Shown piece by piece: positions 1 to 13,169 of a DNA stretch of 64,000 bases. Positions within the stretch are counted from its first letter, which is position 1; every line of letters starts with the position of its first letter. A program made the position numbers and the translations under genes. This DNA is from Raillietiella orientalis (lineage: Eukaryota), in contig JAYWIR010000023.1 of the NCBI GenBank assembly GCA_036172245.1, positions 1,364,001 to 1,428,000 of the forward strand. The letters run 5' to 3'. The notes under the pieces are model-generated. The model saw only the letters and a list, made by a program, of their open reading frames with translations, was not told the DNA's origin and made no database searches.

Positions 1-873
1 AGGTGGATCGCTCCGCCCACGCGGTCATGCTGGGATTCTCGAGGATCTTGTGGGCAAGGGAGTTTGGGCGGTGGAATTTCTTCTCCGGAGGGAGCTTACA
101 AGGGAACCGCTCCTTGATACTCCTCTGAAGAGAACCCCGAAACAACGATGCCCAATTTCTCTGAAAGGTCACTTACCGAAGGGAACAGCATGCTTCTTGG
201 CACTCTAGAGAGGCATCATCATCAATCCATCAGCTCCATGGAGCGCGATGGAGGGTCGCCCCGTAGAGGAAACGACACGGACAGCCGATGGACGCGCTGG
301 TGCTCGAACAGGAAGAAGCCTTTCATGCTGCCTATCTGTCCCACGTTCCTGTATCCGTGCCGGGCCGACACTCGGCCGGCTTCCTGGGATCATCCCGAGA
401 TGTTGACGGCGAACCGATTGGTGTGGACGTCCTGCCTGGCGCAGGTCAGCGGGGTGCCAGGATGGCGAGCGGACCGCCACACCGGAGGAGCCAATCCACG
501 GCAACCATGGCACGGAGGAGGAGGTGAATGCGAGCCCACGGGGGAGCGCGCAGTGTTCAAAACGACGATGGCAGGTGCAAGGGGGGAAGAGTGCTCCTTT
601 TTTGCCACCGGAGGGGAACCACGAAGGGAACCGGTGCTCGTTGATCCCTGGGAGGACGCCGGATGGTCGACTTCCAATCGCAGCCAGTCAACGGTGGCAT
701 CCGTTTTCCTCCTTCCATTAGTGGAGCACATCTGAAGCCCACAGGCCAGCAAGCGCCATCCTGCAGAGGGGACTCTTAGCCCCCGACGAACCTATTCGAT
801 CCTTCCCCAGGTGGGATTCGAACCCGCAACGAATGGCAGCACGCACGGAGACCTCAGCCACATGGCTGTCAAC
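1..873 (-). mobile_element. tRNA-derived SINE (copy 1), 3' end runs off the window, with an internal ~340 bp insertion
   Basis: Minus strand begins GTTGACAGCCATGTGGCTGAGGTCTCC..GTTGCGGGTTCGAATCCCACCTGGGGAAGGATCG (A box/B box). The core GGATGCCACCGTTGACTGGCTGCGATTGGAAGTCGACC at ~665-702 matches the copies at 24.0, 32.0-32.5, 39.6 and 53.2-53.85 kb. Confidence 0.85.
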
Positions 874-3739
874 GTGGACTCGTGTATGAGTAATTTTTTC
901 TTTGTATGTTGCTTACTACTGGAATTTATTTGATGATTTAATAAAGTTGGTATGCTTGATAGAATCAAGCTTTGCATTGGTGTATCCGGGGTTTATGGGT
1001 AGGATTAAGGTTTCTGTGAAGAAGAAGATGATTGCTGATTCCACATTAAGGCAGCAGAGAATAGTATTTATGGGATTGAGATTAAGGAATAGGATTTGAG
1101 GTTGAGAGAGTGCTACTTTATCATTTTTTTCGTAGATGTGACTTGCCAGATTGGAATTTCATTTTGACACACGTCGGCCTGTTGCTGTACATTTTGCTCT
1201 TCCCGTGTTGTATTGCATCCAGCTTCACTTGACAAATTGATTCACTCTTTCATTCTGTTACAAAAGTTCCAGGAAGAACTCAGAGCGGAGTCGTCTGGAG
1301 GGTGCAGCCTGATCCATGGGAAATGATTGTGTGTGTGTGACTTGACGCGAGGTCCTCTTTGGAAAACGGGATGAAATAAAATCATCAGGTCAGCGACCTT
1401 TACTGCAGTCAGAGACCGATTGCTCAAGAAATGTTTTAAATTTTAAAAACCTATGGGGCGCTGGGGGAACATGAAAAACGGACGATCTTTCATTTTGATC
1501 CTTTTCCATGCTCGCGAGCGTGGAAAGATTCTGCCGGAATCGCATTCGTTTTAGGGGAAAATTTCTGGAATTTTGGCTCCGAGTCTCTGCTAATAACGCA
1601 AGAGATTACGCCGTAATAAACGCAAGTATAAGAACACCTGAACGTATTGGGCAACACAATCTCATCTCCATAAAACGCTACATTCACACGCAAGCCCACG
1701 ACACTAGACACTACACTCAAGGTTGCGCACAGCAAAAGTGCAAGAGGGCATCAAATGCACTTTGCAGGTGAACATCACCTGAAGAGTGCCAAGACGACGT
1801 AACCAAGTGCTTCCTGTGATGTGAACATGGGCTCTTGAGATCTGAACCGTCCACGGTTCTAGGTATGCCTAGGAAGAAGTTTCTGAATGCCTGGCTCCAC
1901 ATGAACTCGGTGGTTTTCTTCGAGGTGCTGGAAGCGACCTGGGACCCTAAGAGTGAGCATCCAAGTTATTGCTGCCTTGTTCTTGTTTGCATATCTGCTG
2001 ACCAGGCAGCGGGTCCGACGACCAAAACATTTCTCTCGGTAAGAAACGGGAGTGGCAATCTCTTCCCCTCTCCCCCCTTCCCTGGAATACATGCACTCTT
2101 CAAGGCAGATACTTTTGTCCACATCTGCAAAGGCAAAGAAAAAATAAATCATCACTCATTTCGGAGGGTGTTGCAGGTGCCTCTTGAATCGAAGTCGTGT
2201 CGTTTAGTCAACATATTCGTGTCGTTTAGACTCGGGTCAAGGAAACTGTCCCACTGTTAGTTTTCTGCGAGTCCGACGTGTGTGACCAATAGGAGTGACT
2301 TTTGCGAAAACGCACTCGGTCTCTTGCTAAGGAACCTCTGAACATAGAATAAACCATACTTCGTGAGAACTTGTCGGACTTTCTAGGGAACGGCTTGCAA
2401 ACCAGAGACCAAAAGAAGCAACTATATCCTCCTATTTTCTGACATTTGGCAGATGAATGCAGATTTCTTGGAGAACTGATAAATGCAATGTACAGTGGAT
2501 GAAGGTACCTCTATTGTCCAAATGCATCCTTCAAGAGCTGTTCAAACATTTCAAATGATGATTCAAATCATTTTCGATGATTAATCGTACCTGGCAATGC
2601 TTGCCAAATCGTACCATAAAGGGATGATGATGCACGTAAATGGTAAACAAGGTGCGGGCTGCGAGAAAGGGTGGCAAACAACAAGAATTCTAGCATTCTT
2701 TCTCCATGGGATTTCTGAGCCACATCGCACACTCTTACAGTGTGCCTTCAATATGGCAATGCTGTGGGGAAGCTCGAATCGCACTCTGACGGATCGTCGA
2801 GACATTCTGAGAAAGCGCTGGCAGCTTTTCAAGACTGAAGACAATCTAAGATGCTGAATGGCTCATGCTCTCGTGGATAGCTAGCAAATGGGATCAGTTT
2901 AAGAGAGGTCCTTGGACGAATTCCTGGAACGGAAAACAAGACATAGATATATTCAAGCATGGGCACCATGGAACTCTACTCGGCAACCACTGCTAGCCGG
3001 AAATGTTCCTTCCGCTATATTGCAGCGGCAACCTAAAAGGATGCTTTTCTTTTTTTCTTTCGAATACTGCTAGAATGCGTCGCTATTCGAGTCTAATCTC
3101 CTTCCTCAAATGCGGGCGGAGACCCCCGTTGTCATTTTGTCAGAAGAAGCGCGCTCACATCTCACATCTTTTTTAGGTGGCTGGTAATTTGAGGAGTTCC
3201 GCTGCTTTCTAGCTTGAAGAGGATCCATCCAGTCACCTTGGAGCTCGCGTGCGATCCTTCTCGTTTTGACATTTTACGCTACTGTGCTTTGAACGTTGCA
3301 ACATCTTGCCAATCTCCTGATGGCCCAAGAACATTCACATGTGGGATTTCAGTCACTGGAGGGATTCCGCGTGCACCAAGAGAACCGGAGACGCTGTCTA
3401 AAAGAAAAGCATTCCAATATGGGCCAACGTCTTTTCTAAGCATGCCCTCACACTTCTGTATAAATGGGGAGCAAACTGGTTCTGAGGGGCAGTCAGCTCC
3501 ATAGGGTGCATCCAGGGTAGGGAGCTCCAACAGGTTGAGTAGCTGGTGCATCACTCGGCCGCAACGACCCAGAGTCACCGGGTTCAAAGTACTTAAACGT
3601 GACCTAAAAGACCAGTGAAACAGTACGACTGAGTTGCACCAGCACCTGAGAAACCAGTCAGCTACTGAGAAACATAGTCAGATGGAGACTGCGGACTAGA
3701 GCTGTTGAATGTCAAAAGACAACGACGACCAGAGGTGGT

Positions 3740-5260
3740 TTCTCTTCAGCCACGCCGGGGCACTCTTATTTGGAAGTAAACAAACGAGTTTGGGACGCAG
3801 TTCTCGAATAACACAAAAATAGAAGAAGGGAATTCTTCGGGAGGGCTCACTGACACGCGGGTCGGTTACTGGAGCGGCTCGGAGCAGAATGGAGGGGAGA
3901 GATAAATAAAAGGAGGGTGGGACAGGAGTCTTTGGCAGCGGCCGCCGCTCCTTCTTGCTCAGGACAAGCGCAGGATGCCAGAGATCTCCGACCCGACGTC
4001 CTCTTCGGGATGAGGCCATCCTGATGCCGTCCTTATGTGGACGATTGCCATACGGGTAACCTCCCTTCACGACGCCCGGGACTCCGGCGCACGGCTGGAT
4101 GCGACGATGGTGCGTCGGATGCAACGCGTCGCGGCAGCCACGGCGCCTGTCGAGAGTCTGCGAATTCAGCACGTGAAGAATCACCTAAGCAAGTCCTTCC
4201 TCAGGAAGCGGGACTGTTGGAGACACAGCCTCCGCCGTCACAGCTCGTGGAGGACACCGCAGTAGTCCAGCAACAGGTGCGGGAACGACTCGATCGTCCC
4301 ATCCCTGGAACAGTCTGGGGACGCCACTCCCTGGTATCGACGCTGGTTGCATTGGCAACCCCAGTGCAGAAACAGCAGCACGTCCTGCTTCCACCTCAAG
4401 GGAAACACCGGAATGTTTAGACGCAAAAGGGGAACCACCAGTTCCTCGGATGGCACACTCAGGAGCTCGATCCTACGAAATTCCTTTGGCCGGAAACGAG
4501 GGCCGCTTCCTCCAGGCAACTGGTCTTCCAGACGCCCAGGAGTTTTTCGACTCCAGCAATGGTGCAATCCCTGCGTCGGGTGCAGCGTTTTTGTTTCCAC
4601 CCTGCCGATTGGCTGCTGTCATTGTCGTTGGCTGCTGGCTGGCCCTCAGGATGATTGTTTGCCCAGAGCTGTTGCAAGGGATGTCACGGTTATGCGTGAC
4701 CACTCCTTGCAGTCCTGAAGGACCATCTCTGAGCAGGTTGCCAAGAAGAGTTCACAGGAGGAAAAGCTCATCTGGTCACAATTCCATGGTCAGAACCCGC
4801 CAGTTTCCTGCCGCCAGTTGCTCCGGTATGTCAAGTAGGAGGAGATCGAGCCAGTTAAGGCATACAAGTGAGGACAGTTGCCCCCAAGGGAAGCTGAATC
4901 CTCCCATTCTGTGTCGACGGCATGGCAGCAACGATAAAGGTTCTTGGCTGCCGGCGCTGCTCCTAAAGAAAGATGCGGGCTGGAGCACGCCAGGGATTCA
5001 CAATTTAGTACTGTGCCAGTTTCCGGGGTTGTTGCAATTGCAGTTCAATCTTGACCACGGTCAGGACTCCCAAGCCGGCACCCTGACTCGGAGTCGTTCG
5101 GTCTTCCAGGATGATCCGGAACTTTGCAGCTTTCCAGAGAGCTCTCCTTAGGAGATGCTGCGCCTGGAAGTTCGCAGAATGGAGGGAGAGAGAAAACAAG
5201 TGTTCCCAGCTGTTCTCCTGTTCCTGCAAGTGGAACCTGCCATCGAGCAACAGGCAACCG
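3740..5260 (-). mobile_element. L1/Tx1-like non-LTR retrotransposon, ORF2 3' part (zf-RVT-type C-terminus) plus 3' UTR, degenerate
   Basis: ORF 4238-4600 reads VFPLRWKQDVLLFLHWGCQCN...SPDCSRDGTIESFPHLLLDY, nearly identical to ORF 29149-29658 (VFPLKWKQDVLLFLHWGFHCN...SPNCLRCREIDSFPHLLLDC). Pyrimidine-rich UTR and a degenerate terminal motif at 3740-3770. Confidence 0.75.
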
Positions 5261-5264
5261 TTTA

Positions 5265-6330
5265 AAGCCGTTGATACTGAGACGTTTTCTCAAAAATAAA
5301 CAAACAATTCCCCCCCCCCCCCAAACAAAAAGTCTAACGGGAATGACCACCAGCACGCAGACCGGTGTTAGGGAAGATTGAAGCGGGAAGGAAGGGACAA
5401 TAAATATGCAAAAAAAAAAGGGAGGGTAGAGACAGGCGTCTCTGGTTCGATTCACTCCTTCCTACCCGTGCTGGATTTTGGCGTTCATCCGTAGCGACCT
5501 CTTGCAAGTGAGGGCGCCCTTCCGCACGTAGGCGGCTTCCACGCGGGTGACTTCCTCTGCGGCGCACGGCGGGCTGTGACTATGGTACGCACCGACGAAA
5601 GGTCGACCCATTCGCACCCAGGAGCGCGCGGAGTCGCGTCGCCGGTGGAGCCTTCCTCCCACCACCCTCTCGACCTCCTCCGCGTCTCCAGCCGAGATCC
5701 TGCGGATCTCTCGAAGGAGCGTCAGCTCGCAGGGCGTACGCTGCATCGCGCCTTTTCCCATAGTCATGGTGGTCCGTCGACGTTTCACGTGTGACCGCCA
5801 GAAGGACGCGATTGCCCGCTTCATTGCTGGGGATCTGGCGGTATGGCGCCCGCTTGGCTCTCAAGGGGCGCTCTAGCGGAGAAAGGGGAGGGGGGGAACT
5901 TATATGAACGAGGTGCTCCCTTCTTCCCCCTTCCGGCTAGCTGGCAGGGCTTTCCGAGCCTTCCAGCTTCCGCGCAGGAGCTCGCATCCTGTTCCCTTCG
6001 TTGGTACAGTGGAGTCCGAACCGCTTTCTCCTGCACCGCTCGGGCGAGCAACGTGCTCCCGCTACAGGAGCGCTCTCTCCGCTTCCGCGTCGGGTGCGGA
6101 AAGCTCGCGCCATGCCGGCTGCTCCGCGAGCCGCCGGACAGCCTTCCTTTCGGCCTTGGAAGCCGCCGCGCGCGCTCTGCCGAGGCGGCGGGCTGCTCGG
6201 AGGCAGGCAGAAACTTCTCAAGGTCGCCGCTCGGAGCCGTTGCGAGCGCACTGCCCACCATGGCCGCGTCGATCCGGCTCCTGGAGACTCCTCCCCATCC
6301 CGGCGGCTGTCCAGGAATCTGCTGTGGACC
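5265..6330 (-). mobile_element. L1/Tx1-like ORF2 C-terminal fragment plus 3' UTR, strongly degenerate
   Basis: PCELTLLREIRRISAG resembles CGYLRELWRRMISA of the 29 kb copy. The UTR carries the family hairpin CACCGGT-CTGCGT-GCTGGTG (~5348-5367) and a degraded terminal motif near 5265-5295. Confidence 0.5.
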
Positions 6331-6339
6331 ACGTTGACC

Positions 6340-7282
6340 CCCTTTGCTCCAGTGCCGTCCCCCCCCTAAGGGGAGCAATGGACAGCCAACTGCCAGGGAG
6401 GTAGGAAGTGACCTGCGTGATAGGAAGCAGTGCAACTCGGGAGCTGGCGGACGCCGCGACCCCGAGTGTCTCACCAAAAGGACTGCTACGCTGGAGAGCT
6501 ACTACAAATTCCTCCGGAGGAGGTACAGTGACCTCCAGCGTGTTGGAACGGTACCATCCTCCCCCTAAAGTGGCAGGAGTCGGCGACCTTGCTGTTGCAC
6601 TGGTGCCTCCCGTGCAACGCCTGCCAACACCATTGGACCCGGGAGAGGAGGTGAGGCCAAACTGCCGCAAATGCGGCGAGAGAGAGTCCCTTCTGCACCT
6701 GCTCATGGAGTGTGTTGCCCTCTGCTCCATGTGGGAGCGCTTCGCCTCGTCCCTGAAGATACCCCATAGACGTTTGAAGTGCCTCTTCCTTCGCGAAGCC
6801 CTCACGCCGGCCGCATCTCTAACAGCACTCTGCTGCCTACGCGGGGTAGTGGCTGCATGGAGCAACTCCATAAGAGGCCAGGACGACAGGAGTGCCATCT
6901 CTATTGCTGTCCTCTTCATGAGGATAGTTTTCAAGATGGGAGTCTCGAAAGGGACTTGCCGGCATCCTTACAAGGATGCATAGGACACCCGCCAGCACAC
7001 AATGATCCCTTCCTGACCACAGCCTCTCCAATTTCTTGTATTTTTTTGGTTTTATTTTTCTTTCTGTTTGTCTCCTCTTCCCCTGTGCTGCCGTGGCGAG
7101 GTTCGCCGGTCTGCGCGCCGGTTCTCGGCAGGTTCTTCCTGTATGTTTTGTAACGTGGCATTCAAGCCACATTTCAGACACGCTAGAAAACGCAAAACAA
7201 GAGATAGTACCGAGTCCATCTTGCCACTGACATCTAAGTTTTATTTATAATAAATAAACGCCCCGTCGTGATCAGGTGTCAA
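6340..7282 (+). mobile_element. L1/Tx1-like ORF2 C-terminus (zf-RVT) plus 3' UTR and terminal hairpin
   Basis: ORF 6408-6983 reads PPPKVAGVG...VRPNCRKCGERESLLHLLMECVALCSMW (CxxC-x7-H-x4-C). Ends AATAAACGCCCCGTCGTGATCAGGTGTCAA at 7253-7282. Confidence 0.8.
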
Positions 7283-7289
7283 CCCATTC

Positions 7290-8050
7290 CGACAGCTGTC
7301 AACCGGGGATGGCGCGTCCCACGACCACCTCGCACTCCCGCGTCTGGTTTTGCTGAACGCGGATTTTTGGATTTTCCTTCGCCTTCTTCTTCCTTCCATA
7401 GGTGACCTGCACGCACCCTCACCACCCTCGGCATCTGCTGCATCACTGCCCGAGAGCACCGGTGCGGAGTTTACCGCCGTCTGCAGTCTACCTGGCTCTT
7501 TCCCTCCTGACACCAGCGCGCGCTCTCTCCAGTTTTGTTTCCCCCTCCCTTCTTTTCCCAATACGAGGCCGACAGGTCGAAGTGTCTTCCAGGGGGCATG
7601 CGCGCTTGGTGTCCCCTTGCTGCCCGCACCGGCGGCATCTGACATCAGGGCGTCTCCGTTTGAAATGCCTCGATGGGTCACAGTGGGCACGCACATTGGG
7701 CTTGCCCGCGTGCACAGATCGGTGGATTCACCAACGACCTGCAGCTTATGGAGCACCCATGCGCACGGTCACTCGCGCTGCCGCAGTTCCTCTGAGGCCA
7801 TGAAGGAGTCTGGCTTTAATCACAGCGCGTGGATCGCATTGTATTCAGAATAGGCGCAGTTGACCGCCTGTTTGCTCATACGTACTATGATACCGGCGAG
7901 GTGAGCGACCGGGAAACGGTTGTCCGCCACCAGGGAGAGCTTTCACCCCTTGGTCACGAGCAGCGCTGGCAGTGGACTCTGCTCTGAGCCTGCATCTTTG
8001 CAGGCGAGCTCGACCATCTGTTTCCCCCGCTCGGGACCGAGAACCCCTCA
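7290..8050 (-). mobile_element. Gag-like ORF1 remnant of the same non-LTR family (paired CCHC zinc knuckles)
   Basis: RAHCDPSRHFKRRRPDVRCRRCGQQGDTKRACP is a degenerate double Cx2Cx4Hx4C (second knuckle 7596-7637). Upstream GTAAARVT matches GLAAARVT of the 8.4-9.2 kb copy. Confidence 0.7.
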
Positions 8051-8370
8051 AGCCTTGGAGACGTCCGACTCACCTCCTCCTTCGAGAAGCTCACAACCGT
8101 ACCAACGAAAAGTCGGCCCCCCTATACCGCGGACACGGCTTATATCTCTGGGGCATGAAGACCCTAGCTTCGGCTGCAAGCGATGGCGCTGCGGCCACTT
8201 TACTCCACAGCGTCCCTCTTGGGGTGTCAGTTCTCTGGAGGTCGAATGCTCGACCCCCCGTCGTTCTTGGAAGCCAGACTCCCCGCAGGGCCTCCAGGCG
8301 TCGAAGCCACGGCGTCGCCGCTAGACTCCAAGCTCAACAACGGACACGTGGTGAGAGCATGAAAACACGT

Positions 8371-9200
8371 CTAGCAGCGCTGCTGCCTCCGGAGGTCGAC
8401 GAGTCGATCGCGCCTTTGGTGGTTGCGTTCTCTATGTTTCCTTCCATCGCCGCGATCGATCGAGAGTTGCCTTGCAGGATAGAACTCCCTTTTGCAAGCG
8501 TGGTCATCATCGCGACCGTTTTTTTTGGTCATTTTGCTTTCCTTGTCTTTCTTCTTTTCGTTCATCGTCACTTGCCATCCTGCAGCATCGGTTTTTCCTT
8601 CGGCTCTCTCGGAGGGATTTTCCAACAGTTCCTGGGCCGGTTTGGTCACGCTCCCGTTCGGTTCTATTGGTGGGCTTTGCAGATAGGTCTTTCTGGACAC
8701 ACGCTTTTCACATGGTCTATCCTCCCGCAACGGCGACAACTTATCTCGGGATGCCCTCTCTTCAGGTGTCCCGTTTCATTGCGGTCACTGCAAACTTTCG
8801 ATTCCCCTTGCAAGCCTGCAGCCAGTGGGGGAGCTTTTTTCCCGTCGCGTACGAGGTGACACGAGCTGCAGCCAAGCCACTGAACAGTCTTTCAAATTCC
8901 GGGGACAGATTGGTCTCGGACCAGAACATGTGTACCGTCGCGAATTCCAGCTGGAGTATTTCCTTCTCGTCCATCCGTTTAGGTAGGCCACCGCCGAATG
9001 CTCTGCCTTGACTGGAAAGAGTCTTCTCCCTCGATGCTGCTGGTCCTTTTTCAGCATCCGTCGAGAAAGTCCTTCATCCTTTCAGGTGAGCTCCATGACC
9101 TGCTCCCCAATGAGTACCAACTTCCGGCTCTCTCTTGTCGATGTTCGGTTCACAGAGCCTTTCCGCAAAAAAGCGCGCAACAAGAAACTAGGACACGGTC
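8371..9200 (-). mobile_element. Gag-like ORF1 remnant (paired CCHC zinc knuckles, basic low-complexity tail)
   Basis: Intact knuckle CRRCGRIDHVKSVC at 8697-8738, preceded (after a frameshift) by the degenerate knuckle CSDRNETGHLKRAS. Followed by a GWQVTMNEKKKDK-type basic region. Confidence 0.75.
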
Positions 9201-9399
9201 TACCTCATGAGTAAGGTCAACCGGTTCCTTTGAATCACGTGGGTCCTCACTTCTGTATGGACTCCAAGTCTTCCCGTTTTCGGGAGCCTATTATTCGGGG
9301 GTTCGCAACTCTCTCCCTGCGGGTAGGAGCAACATGACGTTGTCACTCCGCCTGTGTCCCTCGCTGCCGGCGGCTGCAGGCATCCCTTCCGGTTCCACA

Positions 9400-11898
9400 C
9401 CGCATAAAGAAGTGAAATCAGAAGAACCCACGCTGAAAGACGTCAACAGAGCTCAGAAAAAAAAAATCGCACTCGTTCCCCTTCCACACTCGCGCGCCCA
9501 GAGCAGGCAGCTGGACTTTGGGCACCTCGCGGAGCGCGCTACTTTGGCGGAAAGGCGAAAACCTGACGATTTGCGGGTGGGACAAAGGGCGCACGGAGCT
9601 GCGAGGGACAGCAGGGCATGCCCCATCCTGCTCGCAGTTGCAAACGAGGGTATCTACCAATGAGAACCGCTTTGCAGAGCTGCTCGAGGAGACCACACAC
9701 ACAGGCTGCCAGCCGACTTTGCGACAGACTGGAACCCTTGGTGGACAAACTGGAGCTGCTGATCCGAGAGACAGGCATGCTTCTGTCCAAGCAGAGAGGC
9801 CAGCTCCTCCCGAGCAGCTGGCGCACCATCGTTGCGAACGCAAACAGCAAGTCACTCTCCAAAGTGTGGAACCTGAGAATAGGGAAGGAGCCCATGGTCG
9901 GGGCGGAGCAGACCTATGCTGTCCCAGGACGAACCATGGATGCCAACCTGCTCCATGCTCATAACTGGTTTGGACTGCGGGAAGCCACCGTCGCATCTGG
10001 AAAGAGCGCGAGATGAGCGGAGACTTTGCTCTTGTTTCCACCCGAGAAACAAGAGCTAGCTGTTGCGGTCGACCTTCAAAAGGTCATCAACCACCTCGAT
10101 CAGGAGCTCCTCCCTTAGCTTCTGGAACGATTCGATCTTCCACCCAGCTTTCCCGGCTGCCTGCTCCTAGCGCAACGCTGTACAGCGGTCTGATCGCCGG
10201 AGGCATCAAGGTCGGACGAGGAACGAGACGTAGACATTTTGGGTTCCCTGGTCTTCAGTCCGCTCTTCAAACCGGTGCTTAAGGCGTCCTGACACGCACT
10301 CCCGCCAGTCTCCTGTCCAATTCCAATGGTGTGGTGGCCTGCGCAGACGACCTGCTCCTCCTGTTGCTGGCGCTGACTCCAGCAGACTCATTCGAGACGC
10401 CCTTCAAGCTCATTGGCGGGGTACCGGCGTGAAGGTGAACCCGTAGGAGTTGATGGTTTTTGGCTCGATGGCGAGTGTGGACCGGTCTTCTTCGGGAACA
10501 ACTGTGGGACTACCTGGGCGTACTTGTGCCTTCGCTCACTTTGTGGAAGCGGCGGTCACGTGGGTACGGGAACGGGGATTGTTCCTTGGAGAAAGGTCAT
10601 CTCCAGAAAGTAGAAACAAGAAGACGGAAAGGCGCTACCTAGCCATCTTCGCACTCGCAGCTCCCGACCGTACAGGAAAGGTGACCTGACTTTCTGTAAC
10701 TGCCGCGAAAGGCCTTTTGTTTTCGGATACGATGGAATCATACTTTAAAGGGGAAGAGGGGGGGGGGGAGAACCGGGCCATCGTTCCTTTATCAGGAGTT
10801 TTCAGCAGCGCTTTTTCCGCATAGCTGGAAGCTCGGTGACGAGGAGCACCTGTTGAGCTACCGCGGTCCTCAAACGTGTTGACTTTCGGTCTACGTATGG
10901 GCAACACTGCGAGGTGCACACTCCGTTCATCCGCGGTTTCATGAAATCGACACCGGGAGGGAGCACCCGCAAAGTTGTTCCATTAGACTTTGAGCGCAGG
11001 CATCTTTTTCCCTCCCGATTCCCCCAGAAACCTTTCGTTGCTGGAAAATTCGAAACCAGGGAACGTGAACCGATGGATTCCTCCGAGGTGGACACCGCAG
11101 TTCCACGTTCCCTTCGAATTTCCAGGTTCCTTCCGTTTTCTCCGAGTTCGCGAGGCCTGAAGGAAACAACTGAAGGAACAACAAGAGTAACAGCCGGAAC
11201 CACTGAAGTGGACCCCGGTGCTGATGAACACACGTACCCTCCCATTAAAGTGGCAGGAGTCGGCGCTCATGGTGCTGCACTGGGGACTCTCCCGTGCAAC
11301 GCCTGCCGGCGCCACTGGACACTGGGAACGGTCGACCCAAACTGTTTACGGTGTGGAGAGCGTGAGTCCCCCTCCCCCACCTATTAATGGACTGTGTTGT
11401 TCTCTGGCCCCTTTGGAACCGCTTTGCCGCAGCCATCGGAATCCCCTGCGGCAACCCCAGGGACGCAATTAGAACCCTCTTCGTTTGCGGCCTCGTTAGC
11501 ATCTCTGTGCTGCCATACGCGGGATCGTTGCCGCATGGAGCAACGCAATGGGAGGACCCGCGGTAAGGGTGCCGTCCAATGCGCCGCCGAATTTATGAGG
11601 ATGGCGACAGGATGGGCCCCACCTGGACTCAAATGAAAAAAGAGCATGCCGGCATCCTAGAGAGTTTGTAACGACCCCCCAGCAGACTGTGATTCCTTCC
11701 CGTGTCCCCCAGATGTTGTTGTTATTTATTTTTCTATTTACCCCCTCTTCTGTCGTGGTGGACCGTACCAGTCTGCGAACCGGTGACCAGGCAGGCTCGG
11801 TATTGTTTGTTCGTGCGTGGCTGGGCCACTGGTCAAGCCACAGACTCTCGACTTGCTTTGTTCGAAAGAATAAACGCCCCGGTGCACCCGGGTGAGAA
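9400..11898 (+). mobile_element. L1/Tx1-like ORF2 pseudogene: reverse transcriptase through zf-RVT, 3' UTR and terminal hairpin
   Basis: RT motifs appear in order across frameshifts: SWRTIVANANSKSLSK, EQTYAVPGRTMDANL, VDLQKVINHLD (10068-), KVGRGTR..DILGSLVF, ACADDLL (YADD position, 10340-10351), GVKVNP, DYLGV (10508-). Then PNCLRCGERES, and the end AATAAACGCCCCGGTGCACCCGGGTGAGAA at 11869-11898. Confidence 0.85.
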
Positions 11899-11899
11899 G

Positions 11900-12250
11900 C
11901 GAGGCCTGAACAGGTTTCGCGGAAGTTCACGCAGACGACGGATGAATTCAATGAGAGTGATCCCGTTGTCTCGTTCCTGGAGAAAGTCGAGCAGGAGCCC
12001 GGATAAATGGCTGCCAGCGAAATGGTTGTTCTAGTTGATTCCACATCAGATGACTCTCGGTTTCGTCTGCGCCGGTTCGCGCTCCTCCTCAGCGACGTCA
12101 GCTGCCGTCGGTCCGCGAGATGTTCGATCAGTTTGCTTTTACAGCAGCAGAAGCACGCGTTTTGCATGCAGCACATGCCTAACCTAATAGAAGGGAGGGA
12201 TTCGCTGGGGGAACTTGCAGGATCGCCAGCATCTTCGCCAAAACGGAACC
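11900..12250 (+). mobile_element. Degenerate ORF1 fragment (knuckle region)
   Basis: MAASEMVV..(fs)LIPHQMTLG and SDVSCRRSAR parallel LAAARVT..LPHWLQ and PEISCRRCGR of the 8.4-9.2 kb ORF1. Confidence 0.45.
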
Positions 12251-13169
12251 TCGCGCTCACTCAGCATCCCACCCGGAGAGTATGCGCCCCGCGTTTGCGT
12301 GCGCACGTGGTGGTGGTGCGAACGCAGCGGGCAAAGCGGATCGACCATTTCCAGTAGGCTGGGGCACTCGGGCATCCCGGCGGAAAGAACCGCACGTGCT
12401 CCTGCCGAGCTTCCCGGCTCAGGAATACAAAAGTTCGAACGCTTCCCGACACCTCGTTTGCTTATTCTTTTCTCCCTTCTTTTTTTTTTGCTCGGATCCG
12501 TCGCGTCGCCCGCGACAGCATCTGGAGTTCCTTCTGCGGTCAAGCGCTCCTGCGAAGAACGGGAAACTCGTCCGAGGTAGCGGCACGCACCCGGTTTCGA
12601 CGTTCCTGCCATTCCTCTTCAGGGGCTCGTGTTGCACCACGTTCCAGATAATCCCATGATTAGATTATTCATGCGATTCGGATCCTCCGTGGCTCAGAGT
12701 TCAGAAAATATTTATCCAGTCTATTATTTTTTCCCGTGTCCATCGATACGCCCCTGCTTGCTTGATAAATACTCCTGCTGGTGGGCTTTCCGGACGCCAA
12801 ACCAAAGCAAATCTTCCAGGCGATCGGCAGCGAGGATCCAGGCCCTCGCGAACCGGAAGGACGGTAATCACGTGATTTGCAAATTACTGCAACAATGTAA
12901 TAAGGAGGGGAGGGAAGTGATGCCCGGAATGATCAGCAGCCTTGATCCTGGAAGGCATCCCACGTTTTTCTCCCGACTGTTTTTCCGTTCGCCTGGAACT
13001 TTGTCAATCCATTCCGGTCCATTTTCCTCCCCTTTCCTGGCAAAGCATGATTTTCTAGATCACGCAGGCACGTGTGTGGTTCAGAAAGTGTGTTGACGTG
13101 CGATGCAGCACACTACTGAGGTCCTCCGGCCGCTAAACACAATTTCATGCATAAGAATCGACTGTTTCG

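Noticed and set aside
800..873. Functional tRNA genes at the SINE heads (also 24005-24075, 32455-32530, 39622-39695, 53780-53852)
   Set aside because: B boxes are present but I could not fold a consistent cloverleaf or anticodon. The copies are mutually diverged and all continue into the same SINE body.
3200..3600. Additional ORF1 remnants (also 25400-26200, 58300-58900, 59580-60000)
   Set aside because: Composition is suggestive, but there is no sufficiently intact knuckle or shared motif to call them.
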